Origin: Eledone cirrhosa
Taxonomy: Eukaryota
Reading direction: 5' to 3'
DNA length: 64,000 nt
Assembly (NCBI GenBank): GCA_964016885.1
Contig: OZ024742.1
Location: 226,300,001 to 226,364,000 of the forward strand
Shown here piece after piece: positions 1 through 12,208 of this stretch. Under the pieces are notes generated by a model that was not told where the DNA came from, did not search any database, and saw nothing but the letters and a program-made list of their open reading frames with translations. The position numbers and the translations under genes are program-made. Position 1 is the first letter of the stretch. Each line of letters begins with the position of its first letter.

Positions 1-1980
1 CCTACTTACTAGCATTTTAGTTTTGGTTAAGTTTACTCTTAGACCTTTTGATTCTAAATTCTGTTTCCATAGTCAGAACCTATTCTCTAGTTCTTTTATG
101 GAGTCAGCTATGAGGACCAAATCATCTGCATAGAGAAGTTCCCATTTTAAACTTCTCTGATGAATAGTAGTGGGCTAAGAACCAAACCTTGATGAGCTCC
201 TTCCTGTACCTTGAATTTCTCACTAAACTCATTTCCTATTCTCACTTTACTAACAGCTCCTCTATACATGGCTTGCATTGCTCTCACAAACCATTCTTAT
301 ACACCTAATTTCCTTAAGGACCACCAGATATTTGATAGAGGTACTCTGTCAGAGGCCTTTTCTAGATCAACAAAAGCTAAATATAATCGCTCATTCTTGT
401 CTATGAACTTCTCTTGTAATTGTCTTACTAAAAATAAGGCATCTGTAGTACATTCCCCAGGCATTAAACCAAACTGCATCTAATCTAATTTCACTCTTTC
501 CCTAATTAGCTCTTTCCATCACATTCATAACTTGGCTCATTAGTTTTATTCTTCTATAGTTGCTCCTTTCTAGAGCATCACCTTTGCCCTTGTAACATTT
601 TACAGTTGTACTGCTGCGTCAGTCATTGGGTTTGACACCTTTCTGTATTATCTGATTGACTATGTGGGTTACTAGTTCGACTCCTACTTCTGATGCTTTT
701 AACATCTCAGCATCTATCTCTGACTGTCCTATAACTTCTTGATTGCTTCTTTGTGCCTATACCTGTTAACTTCAATAGCTGGTCCTTCTATTGGGTAATT
801 TGGGAGTAGTCTTTCCCCCTCCCATCCATTCTCAGCATTCATCAGTTTCTCATAGTAACATTTCCAGGCCTCTTTCTTTTGGGCATTACTGGTGCTAAGT
901 GTACCAGTGTCATTTCTAACACATTTTTGTCCAACAACATTCTGATTCACGCTCACACACTGCCTTACAATGCAGAACACTTCACATTGTTGATCCTTAT
1001 GTCTCAAGACATTGGTAAACTTTATTTTTTCAGTCTCTCTCCGAGCTGCATACACCTGTTGTTCAACTTCTCTCTTAGCTACCTGGCACCGGTCTCTGTT
1101 ACCCCTATTTTACCAGATTTTCTGCACCTGTCTCTTAGATGGTTCTATCCACTGTGCTATTCCTCCACTAGGTCACCCTCTGTCTGGCTGTTGTTTTACT
1201 CCAGCCACAAGTCTCATCAGTCATTGACAAAAGGTTGTCATGCAAACATTTCCAATTGTCCTCTATGTTACCCCTTTCATCAAATGCAACCCATAAGGCT
1301 TTTCTAAACTTATATGTAACCAAAAGGTCCTTTAGCTTCCACACCCTCTATTTCCATGTTTTCCAGCATATATTGTTCTGTCTTGTTTTTAATCTGATGT
1401 CACTAATAACTAACTTGTGTTGGGCAACTCATTTTGCCCCAAAGAAGGCCTTAGCATTTATTATACTCCATTTATCTAGTTGTGTTACAAGTAAGAAATC
1501 AAACTAGCTTGTGTGTTTGCCTGATTGGTATGAAATTAGGTGGCTGGCTGGCTGGTTTCCTGAAATTTGTGTTGCAAATAGTTAGTTCATTTGCATCACA
1601 TAATTCCAGGAGCCTCGCTATCTCTTCATTTCTTAAGCTATAACCATAGCTACCGTGAACTCAATTGAATCCATCCTGATTCTATCCAGCATGTCCATTG
1701 AAGTCGCCTATCAAGATGAAGTCTCTTTCATCAATAGCTGAGGATGTCTGTAAAAGTTCCTCATAGAACTTGTCCTTTTGTTCTTTACTCAGTCCTGCCT
1801 GTGGTGCATAGGTAGATGTAATTGCCACAATTCTATTTCCTACAGCTATTCAAAGATAGATAATTCTGTCACTTACTCTAACTGCTTCTATCACCTTATC
1901 TATCCATTTCTTGGCAAGCAGAATGCCTACACCACCTACCCCATCATCATTTCCTGCCCAGTAAAGTTTGTATCTAATAC
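1..1980 (-). mobile_element. Decayed RTE-clade LINE (APE endonuclease + RT), runs off the window start
   Basis: Minus-strand ORF fragments 1850-2035 (YKLYWAG..GVGGVGILL, APE), 729-1055 and 297-479 (QFGLMPG..YLAFVDLEKA, RT) are colinear with the ORFs at 5217 and 53017; many stops and frameshifts. Confidence 0.9.
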
Positions 1981-2012
1981 ACATATATTTATACGTACAT
2001 ATGTATTTATGT

Positions 2013-2175
2013 AGACGGCGAATTGACAGAGTCATTAGAACGTCGGAGAGAATGCTTTAAGGTATTCACTCCAGCTCTCTGCTCTCTGAGTTCAAATCCT
2101 GCCGAGGTCAACTTTGCCTTTCATCCTTTCAAGGTCGATAAAAAAAAGTACCAGTCAAGTACTGGGGTGGATTCT
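2013..2175 (+). mobile_element. tRNA-derived SINE
   Basis: B-box-like GAGTTCAAATCC followed by the body CTTTGCCTTTCATCCTT..GGTCGATAAAA..AGTACCAG shared with 14437-14621. Confidence 0.75.
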
Positions 2176-2474
2176 TCCTCTATACCTCTTTTTCATTTCC
2201 TCTTTCTCACTTTCTCTGGAAGAAATCTGCTGTACTCAGCCCTAAACATGCATATTATCTTCAAACAATAAAAGCCACCCATGAAGCACAAATCCCAATA
2301 GGAATCCAAAGATAGACAGATAGATAGGTAGAACAAGTCATCATAATTTAATGGGTATATGTTTGGTAATGATTACAGAAAATGTGGAAGAAAAATATTT
2401 CAAGTTATTTAAATGAATCTGAAATGAAATAGGGCAATGATGAGAGTGGCAAGAGGAGACTAAAGGACTTAAAC

Positions 2475-2792
2475 CAGTGGTTCTCAACCTTTTGTGCACC
2501 ATGCCCCACCTCAACATCTAAAAAAATTGTTATGTCCCCCTTTGACATGAAAACAGCAATGATCAACTGCAAAGTGTAAACAAATTGGTCTATAAGTGGT
2601 ACCAAATGCACAATAACATATGGAGGAGGTGAGACAGGAGTTTCTGACAGTAATGTGCACCAAAGTTTCCTTGGTGTAAAAGTAATAAAGTAAAACCTAA
2701 GCTTTGTTCTCATTAACATCATTTTCAAATGGCCCCCTTAGATATTCAAATTGCTCCCCTGTGGGGTGTGTGCCCTACATTGGGAATCACAG
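2475..2792. mobile_element. hAT-type MITE
   Basis: Imperfect TIR CAGTGGTTCTCAA / TTGGGAATCACAG; 8-bp direct repeat ACTTAAAC at 2467-2474 and 2793-2800. Confidence 0.8.
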
Positions 2793-3012
2793 ACTTAAAC
2801 ATAGAATATTATAATCAAAGAGTTATTAAATTAAATATCTTATTTTTACTATAAACCACCTTCAATTTTGACAGGTACTATGTTAGTGTATCATCATCAT
2901 CATCATCATCGTTGTTTCTCAAGGTATCTGCACAGTAGGACTGGATCTAGAAGCATGTGGTTGTGAAGTGAACTGTCATGCCTGCACTTAGATATTGATA
3001 TATTATGATATA

Positions 3013-3094
<82 letters not shown>

Positions 3095-3749
3095 GGTGTG
3101 TGTGTATATATTGCGCAAAGTTCCTGAGAACACATCTTGACATTTTGGTTTTAAATTTAAAAGATCTGGAGAAATAGTCAGGTAGTCAAGGGTTTTGGGA
3201 CCTTAGATTTCAAAGGTTTGTTTAAAACAGCAGCCATTGAAATAATCTGTGATGGTTAGCTGTTGGCTGACATTTAACTTTGGAGATTTATATGGATGAT
3301 GGAAGATGTTAAGATGTTGTTTAGTTCTAGTTGACAGCAGATAATGTTGGTAGTAAATACATATCCTCTTAGCTTCTTACAGATGTATAATAACACACAC
3401 ATGCGCTCACAAGTATAGCTCTTTATACAAAAGTTTTTTTTTTCCATTTCAGGTAGATGCGCTTCATCATCCACTTTTCTAAAAAAATATATCATACACA
3501 AAACATCAGCATCAACAGTTTTCCAAGAGATGGCAACATGAATGGATCTGTTATTTTTCTCTAAAAACATTTTTTCCAATTCCACCCCGCCCGTCCCTTC
3601 AATCTTTCTCATTCTTTCTTCTGATGAAGAGTGGCATCCGAAACATTAAGACCCTCTTCCTGCTATTTCAAGCATTAACCTAATATATTCCTTCCATATA
3701 CTGTACCGATTGTGTTGTTATTTCTGTTTACCTTTTACACACACACATA

Positions 3750-3796
<47 letters not shown>

Positions 3797-3800
<4 letters not shown>

Positions 3801-5024
3801 CCAAACATGGAAGCAGAGACTAGAAAGAAACGGTCTCAAAGTCAACCTGATAAAGACTAAGGTCCTCATAAGTAGGCGAGAAAACAGAACCCAGATCCCC
3901 TCAGGGAAATGGCCTTGCTCAGTATGTATGAAAGGTGTAGGTAGGAACTCCATTCTCTGCCCCAAAGGCAAACAATGGGTACACAAGAGATGTAGTGGAA
4001 TCTCAGGAAGCTTAGCTAAGAATGTAGGCTTTACATGTAGCAGCTGTGCTGGGACAGCAAGCAGCAAACAGCCACAGGAAACAAGTACCACCAATCTCTG
4101 GGAGGGCTCTGTAGAAACAGTAGACAGCTTCTGCTACCTAGGTGACCAAATTAACAGTGGAGGTGGGTGTTCGGAAAGTACAATAACCAGGGTAAGAACG
4201 GGGTGGAAGAAATTCAGAGAGCTACTGCCACTGCTAGCTGCAAAAGGCTTTTCGCTCAAAATGAAAAGCAGACTGTATGATGCATGCATACAAACAGCAA
4301 TGTTACATGGTAGTGAGACCTGGGCACTGAAGGTGGAAGACTTGCATAGATTAAAAAGAAACGAAGCCTGCATGCTCCGATGGATGTGTAATAGTAATAT
4401 ATGCGAACAGCAAAGCATAAATGAATTGAGCATAAGAGGAATCAAATGCTGTGTGCAGGAGAGGAGGTTGCGTTGGTATGGACATGTGATGCGTATGAGG
4501 GATGACAACTGCATAAAAAGGTGCAGAGCACTAGAAGTCGATGGAAACCGCGGAGTGGGGAGACCCAAGATGACCTGGGATGAGGTCATAAAAGCCGACC
4601 TTACCCAATTGCACCTCTCAAAGGCGATGACACATGGCCGTGACCTCTGGCGTCACGCAGTAATACAGTAGACCCGACTTCCTACGTGTATAAACCGAAG
4701 CTGAAGCATATAGACAATATTCTCTCCCCCCTCCCCCCACACCCTCCCCCACACCCTCCCACTGCAAGGTGGTCGTGGAGGTGCCACAGCAAAAAAGCAC
4801 CCAGCCCACACTGTAAAGTGGACGTGTAGGCGTCATGGAAAAAAAGCACCCAGCATTCTGTAAATGAGGTTGGTGTTAGGAAGAGCATCCAGCTGTAGTA
4901 ATCAAGCCAGTATGAGCAAGACAAGGTCAGCCGACCGGACATTGCCCACAACAGGACAACCCGTCTAACTCATGCTAGAGTGGAAGAACGGACGTAAAAC
5001 GGTGATGATGATGATGATGATGAT
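3797..5024 (+). mobile_element. RTE LINE subfamily A, 5'-truncated
   Basis: ORF 3928-4671 matches the C-terminal part of ORF 5217-7511; same 3' UTR; (GAT)n tail; (AT)n on both sides. Confidence 0.93.
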
Positions 5025-5268
5025 ATATATATATTTTGCTTTTATCCTTCTATGTTGTTTACTTGTCCCCCTCGCTTTACGCGATTTACTGGTCCCAATA
5101 ACTTTTTTTAGTTATTGCTCGCACCAACCTGAAGTATATGATTTTTAATGCAATGAAATACCAATGATGGTTGGAAAATCACTGACGAAGGACTATTTTT
5201 ATCATATGTAACCCATGTGCAACCACGCAATATTCTTCTTTCTTCTCATGTTTTTATATATATATATA

Positions 5269-5316
<48 letters not shown>

Positions 5317-5320
<4 letters not shown>

Positions 5321-7814
5321 TAAAGAAGAACAGATAGAGACATTTAACGTAGAAGAGAACTGGGAGTTCCTAAAAAATAACTTACTAGAGGCGACGGATG
5401 AGGTTTGTGGCTGGAGTAAGACCTCAAGCAGGAGGAGAGTGACTTGGTGGTGGAACAATAAGGTAGATGAAGCAGTCAAGGCCAAGAGACAGGCATGGAA
5501 AGAATGGAAGAACGGGGGGAGCAGGGTACATTACATAGAGACCAAGAGGGAAGCTAGGCGACAAGTATACTTAGCTAGGAGGGAAGCAGAGGATAGAAAA
5601 TTCAAGCATGTTTTACAACGTGAGGACCAGAAACAGGAGGTATTCAAGATTGCGAGGCAGTGTGTCAGAGATAGTTGTGATGTCATTGGAGAGAAGTGTA
5701 TCCGGAATGATAAAGGTGAGCTTGCCCTCACAAGTGCTGAGAAGAAAGATGCATGGAAGAGTCATTATGTTAGATTACTAAATGAGGAGAATGCATGGGA
5801 AGAAGAGACCCTACCCCACGTAGACCTTATAGAGGGACCAGCAGTACAAGTCAGCGGCAGCGTAGTAAGTAAGGCAATCAGAGATATGAAGATAGGGAAG
5901 GCAACCGGTCCATCGGGTATAGCTGCCGAGATGCTGAAGGCATCTGGGTCTGTAGGTCACACTATAACCACACGTATCGTTAACCAGGTAATACTAGAGG
6001 GGGCCATACCAAAAGATTGGTGCAGTAGCATCATTGTCAACTGCTACAAAGGTAAAGGCGATGCACTAGATAGAGGAAACTATAGAGGTATAAAGTTGAT
6101 GGACCAGGTCATGAAAGTAACAGAAAGAGTTATAGCACAGCTGATTAGGGACCGGGTGAATATAGACGAGATGCAATTTGGGTTTGTTCCAGGGAAAGGC
6201 ACCACTGATGCGCTCTTCCTTGTGAGGCAATTACAGGAAAAGTACCTAGCTAAAAGTAAGCCACTCTACTTGGCATTTGTCGACCTTGAGAAAGCCTTTG
6301 ACAGAGTTCCACGTGCAGTAATCTGGTGGGCTCTTAGAAAACTAGGAGTAGATGAATGGCTTGTGAAAGCGGTACAAGCCATGTATAGGGGAGCAGTCAG
6401 CAAAGTTAGGATTGGCAATGAGTATAGCGAGGAATTTAGCGTACAGGTTGGGGTCCACCAGGGCTCTGTTCTTAGCCCTCTCCTGTTCATCATAGTCCTG
6501 CAGGCAATAACGGAGGAGTTTAAGACCGGATGCCCATGGGAACTCCTGTATGCTGATGACCTCGCACTCATAGCTGAATCTATGGTAGAACTAGAGAATA
6601 AATTCCAAACCTGGAAGCAGGGACTAGAGAGAAAGGGCCTCAAAGTCAACATGACAAAGACTAAGGTCCTTATAAGTAGACGAGAAAACAGAACCCAGAT
6701 CCCCTCAGGGAAATGGCCTTGCTCAGTATGTAGGAAAGGTGTAGGTAGGAACTCCATTCTTTGCCCCAAATGCAAACAATGGGTACACAAGAGATGTAGC
6801 GGGATCTCAGGAAGCTTAATTAAGAATGTAGGATTCACATGCAGCAGCTGTGCTGAAACAGCAAGCAAACAGCCACAGGAAACAAGTACCACCAATCTCT
6901 GGGAGGGCCCTGTAGAAACAGTAGACAGCTTCTGCTACCTAGGTGACCGAATTAGCAACGGAGGTGGGTGCTCAGAAAGTACAATAACTAGGGTAAGAAC
7001 GGGATGGAAGAAGTTTAGGGAACTACTACCACTGCTAGCTGCAAAAGGCTTCTCCCTCAGAATGAAAGGCAGACTGTATGATGCGTGTATCCGAACAGCG
7101 ATGTTGCATGGTAGTGAGACCTGGGCGCTGAAGGTGGAAGACTTACGTAGATTAGAGAGAAACGAAGCCTGCATGCTCCGATGGATGTGTAACAGTAATA
7201 TACGTGAACGACAAAGCATAAATGAATTGAGAGAGAGACTGAGCATAAGAGGAATCAAATGCTGCGTGCAGGAGAGGCGGTTACGCTGGTATGGACATGT
7301 GATGCGTATGAAGGATGACAGCTGCATAAAAAGGTGCAGAGCACTAGAAGTTGATGGAAACCGCGGAGTGGGGAGACCCAAGATGACTTGGGATGAGGTG
7401 ATAAAAGCCGACCTTACCCAACTACACCTCTCAAAGTCAATGACACACGACCGTGACTTCTGGCGTCACGCAGTAATACAGGGTACCCGACCTCCCATGG
7501 GTACATGCTGAAGCATATAAACAATATGCCCCCCCCCCCCACCGCAAGGTGGTCGTGGAGGTGCCACGGCAAAAAAGCACCCAGCCCACACTGTAAAGTG
7601 GACGTGTAGGCGCCACGAAAAAGCACCCAGCACTCACTGTAAATGAGGTTGGTGTTAGGAAGGGCATCCAGCTGTAGAAATCAAGCCAGATCAGTTCCTG
7701 TATGAGCAAGGCATGGTCAGCCGACCAGACACTGCCCACAACAGGACAACCCGTCTAACCCATGCTAGCGTGGAAGAACGGACGTAAAACGGTGATGATG
7801 ATGATGTGATGATG

Positions 7815-7815
<1 letters not shown>
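5317..7815 (+). mobile_element. RTE LINE subfamily A, 5'-truncated, young
   Basis: Uninterrupted frame from the (AT)n junction to the stop at 7511; ~280-bp 3' UTR; (GAT)n tail then (AT)n. Confidence 0.95.
5319..7511 (+). CDS. RTE ORF remnant: reverse transcriptase with inserted PHD finger (endonuclease lost by truncation)
   Basis: NYRGIKL, QFGF, FVDLEKAFDRV, GVHQGSVLSPLLF, YADD, YLG and RTE-type C-terminus RRLRWYGHVMRM..GRPKMTW; the tracked N-terminus 5217-5318 is flank/microsatellite read-through. Confidence 0.9.
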
Positions 7816-7852
<37 letters not shown>

Positions 7853-7891
7853 ATATATATATATCACATGGATATATGCATAACACACACA

Positions 7892-7938
<47 letters not shown>

Positions 7939-7940
<2 letters not shown>

Positions 7941-9724
7941 TTAAATTAATCGACCAGGTCATGAAGGTCACGGAAAAAGTTATAGCGTAACTAATCAGAG
8001 AGCGAATTGATCTAGATGAAATGCAGTTCGGGTTTGTGTCAGGAAAAAGTACCACAGGCGCTCTTTTCATTGTACGACAACTACAGGAGAAGTACCTAGC
8101 TAAAAGTAAACCCCTATACTTAGCTTTCGTCGACTTCGAGAAGGCCTTCGACAGAGTCCCCCGTTCCATTATCTGGTGGGCTCTTAGAAAACTAGGTGTT
8201 GATGAATGGCTTGTGAGAGCTATACAAGCCATGTATAAAGAAACAGTTAGCAAGGTTAGAATTAACAACGAATATAGTGAAGAGTTTAGTGTAAAAGTTG
8301 GTGTTCATCAGGGCTCTGTTCTTAGCCCCTTACTATTTATTATTGCCCTCCAGGCTATAACAGTGGAGTTCAAGACCGGCTGCCCATGGGAACTCCTATA
8401 CGCAGATGATCTAACGCTCATAGCTGAATCAATGGCCGAGCTAGAGAAGAAATTCCAAACATGGAAGCACGGCCTAGAATCAAAAGGCCTTAAAATTAAC
8501 CTAGCTAAGACTAAAGTTCTAGTTTGTAAGAAAGAAAATAAGGCGGCGGTCCCCTCCGGGAAGTGGCCATGCGCAGAGTGTAGGAAAGACGTAGGTAGAA
8601 ATTCCATTTTGTGTCCCAAATGCAAAGTTTGGGTGCATAAAAGATGTAGTGGGATCACAGGTAAGCTAACTAAGAACATAGATTTTACATGTGGCCGGTG
8701 TTCTGGGGATATAAGTAGCAGCAAGTGCCCACAAAATACTAGCTCTTTCAACTGCGCAGAGGGTTCTATAGAAATAGTGGACAGCTTCCGTTACCTGGGT
8801 GACAAAATCAGCAGTGGGGGAGGGTGCTCTGAAAGTACAGTAGCTAGAGTCAGAACTGGGTGGAAAAAGTTCAGAGAGCTTATACCACTATTAGCCGCTA
8901 AAGGGTTCTCCCTAAAAATGAAAGGCAGGCTGTACGATGCCTGCATACGAACAGCAATGTTGCATGGCAGTGAGACCTGGGCATTGTGTGCAGAGGATAT
9001 ACGCAGACTAGAGAGAAACGAAGCTTGCATGCTCCACTGGATGTGTAATAGTAATATACGTGAACGACAAAGCATAAACGAACTAAGGAAAAAATTAGAA
9101 ATAAGAGGGATCAGATGTTGTTTACTAGAGAGAAGGCTACGTTGGTATGGTCACGTGATGCGCATGAAGGATGATAGCTGTATAACAAAGTGCAGGGCAA
9201 TAAAGATAGACGGTAGCCACGGAATAGGCAGACCCAGAAAAACCTGGGACGAGCTAATAAACACCAACCTCACACACTTACACCTCACCAAGACAATGTC
9301 ACTGGACCGAGACCTTTGGCGGTACTCAGTAATAGAGAAGACCCGCCTTGCCAGTAGGCATCTCTAACAAAATACACCCCGTCCCACCACCACCACCCCC
9401 ACCCCATCCACACCGCCCCGTTCTATGTAAAGTTATGTTGGTGCCGCGCCATCCAGGCCGAAACAAATGAGATCGTGTAGGTGTCACGACAAAAAAACAC
9501 ACAGTCCACGCTGTAATGTGGCCGTGTAGGCAACACGGTAAAAACCTCCCAGTCCCACACTGTAAATGTGGTTGGTGTTAGGAAGGGCATCCACTGTAGA
9601 AAACCTGCCAGACAGTCCTATGCGAGCAAGACAATCACTCTTGCCTCAAGTGGGACTACCCCCGTCCAAACCCATGCAAGCGTGGAACACGGACGTTAAA
9701 CGTTGATGATGATGATGATGATGA
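7939..9724 (+). mobile_element. RTE LINE subfamily B, 5'-truncated, with 32-bp target-site duplication
   Basis: ORF 8021-9367 (RT, PHD, RTE C-terminus); (GAT)n tail; direct repeat 7865-7896 / 9734-9765. Confidence 0.95.
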
Positions 9725-10254
9725 TATATATATCACATGGATATATGCATAACACACACAAACATTGATAATTTACATAATAAACCTTTAAAAAAACACA
9801 CAGATTTAAACATACACATACACCCACACATAATATCTACACTAATACACATATATTTCACTTTGCGTCCCAAAATCGTTACCAAGATTACCTAACGGTT
9901 TGTCTTGTCTACTCTCATTATTTTCGTTTTTTTACTATGGACTACCTTTCATTCTCTATATCTATCCTTTGTGATCCTGTCTCTATTTTTGTACTCCTGA
10001 AGAAGGGCTAAAGCGCAACACGTCAAACTTTCTTTGCCCTTTTCCATATAAAGCGTGAACTAATAAGACTTTTGTACCTCTGCTTTGTCGTTTCCTTGAT
10101 CTATCTATCTATCTATCTATTTCTATATATATATTACATGAATTACATCAATATTTAAAAAATATATATATATATATATATATATTTTTAAAATATTGAT
10201 GTAATTCAATTCAAGAACTCAGCGTGCATTTTCAGGAGTGACAGAGTATTTTTA

Positions 10255-10468
10255 GAATAAGGAAATACAAAGATTAGATGATAAAGTCCTTTATTGATAA
10301 GGCCGGTATATGTATTTTGAGGATGACAAATTGTTATGTAATACAGTGTAGAAGCTAGTGCCATGGTCTATTGCGCTGCATTGCATAACCATTTCTCATC
10401 CTTGAAATACGTATAACAACCTTATCAATAAAGGACTTTATCGTCCAAACTCTGTATTTCCTTATACT
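10255..10468. repeat. Imperfect ~210-bp palindrome, possibly derived from a hammerhead-bearing element
   Basis: GATAAAGTCCTTTATTGATAAGG vs CCTTATCAATAAAGGACTTTATC with extended pairing; right arm contains GAAA-TACGTA-TA. Confidence 0.75.
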
Positions 10469-10496
10469 CTCTCTCTCTCTCATATTCTCATATATC

Positions 10497-10557
<61 letters not shown>

Positions 10558-10560
<3 letters not shown>

Positions 10561-12006
10561 TTAGCTTTTGTTGACTAGGAGAAAGCATTTGACAGAGTCC
10601 CCCCCTTAGAAAACTAGGAGTTGATGAATGGCTTGTGAGAGCTATACAAGCCATGTATAAAGAAACAGTCAGCAAGGTTAGAATTAACAACGAATATAGT
10701 GAAGAATTTAGCGTAAAAGTTGGTGTTCATCAGGGCTCTGTCCTTAGCCCCGTCCTATTTATTATTTCCCTTCAGGCTATAACAGAGGAGTTCAAGACCA
10801 GCTGCTCATGGGAACTCCTATACGCAGATGATCTAACCCTCATAGCTGAATCGATGGCTGAACTAGAGAAGAAATTCCAAACATGGAAGCATGGCCTAGA
10901 ATCAAAAGGCCTTAAAGTTAACTTGTCTAAGACTAAAGTTCTAGTATGTAGGAAGGAAAATAGGGCACAGGTCCCCTCTTGCAAATGGCCATGCTCAGTG
11001 TGTAGGAAAGGAGTAGGCAGAAATTCCATTTTATGTCCCAAATGCAAAGTATGGGTGCATAAAAGATGTAGTGGGATCACAGGTAAGCTATCTAAGAACG
11101 TAGATTTTATATGTGGCCGGTGCTCAGGTGCAATAAGTAGCAAGCGCCCACAGGATACTAGCTCCTTCTATTGCACAGATAGCTCTATAGAAACAGTAGA
11201 CACTTTCTGTTACCTGGGTGACAAAATCAGCAGTGGTGGAGGGTGCTCAGAAAGTACAGTAGCCAGAGTCAGAACGGGATGGAAAAAGTTCAGAGAGCTT
11301 ATACCACTATTGGCCGCTAAAGGTTTCTCTCTAAAAATGAAAGGCAGACTGTATGATGCCTGCATACGAACAGCTATGTTACATGGCAGTGAGACATGGG
11401 CATTGTGTGCAGAGGATCTGCGCAGACAGGAGTATACAAAAGTGCAGGGTGATCAGAATTGATGGAAGTTACGGAGTAGGCAGACCCAGAAAAACCTGGG
11501 ACGATTTGATAAATTCCTACCTTACACTCTTACACCTCTCTAAGACAATGTCACTGGACCGAGATCTTTGGCGCTACGCAGTAATACAGAAAACCCGCCT
11601 TACCTAAGTACAAAGCGAAACCTACAGTCAGTAGGCACCTCTTGATCAAATATACACCCCCTCCCACTACCCCAACTACCCCATCCCCACCCCTATCAAC
11701 ACCACCCCTTTCTCTGTAAAGTTATGTTGGTACCACAACATCCAGTCCTAAATAAATGAGGTCGTGTAGGTGTCACGACAAAAAAACACAGTCCACGCTG
11801 TAATGTGGCCGTGTAAGTAACACGGCAAAAACCTCCCAGTCCCAACTGTAAACGTGGTTGGTGTTAGGAAGGGCATCCAGCCATAGAAAACCTGCCAGAC
11901 AGTCCTATACGGGCGAGACGACCAATCTTGCCTCAAGTGGGACAATTCCCGTCTAAACCCATGCTAGAGTGGAAGATAGTCGTTAAACGATGATGATGAT
12001 GATGAT
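10558..12006 (+). mobile_element. RTE LINE subfamily B, 5'-truncated, internal deletions
   Basis: ORFs 10635-11462 and 11353-11607; 3' UTR and (GAT)n tail. Confidence 0.93.
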
Positions 12007-12019
12007 ATATATATATATG

Positions 12020-12208
12020 TTTGTTTCTACTTTTGGCACAAGGACAGCAATTACCCAGTACATTACTGGTACTTTATTTTATCGACCCCGTAAGGATGAA
12101 AGGCAAAGTAACCTCGGCAGGATTTGAACTCAGACCATAAAGGGCCGTAACTCTTTGCTGTAAAGCATGGCGTCCGACCCTCTACAGATACTGCCAATCC
12201 ACCGCCTA
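12020..12208 (-). mobile_element. tRNA-derived SINE
   Basis: Reverse complement closely matches 14437-14621. Confidence 0.85.

Noticed and set aside
5217-5318. N-terminal extension making a 764-aa protein (likewise 56369-56527)
   Set aside because: In-frame read-through of flank and (AT)n into a 5'-truncated LINE
6266-7381. Recurrent antisense ORFs over RTE coding regions
   Set aside because: Shadow frames of the RT ORF; they recur only because the LINE is multicopy
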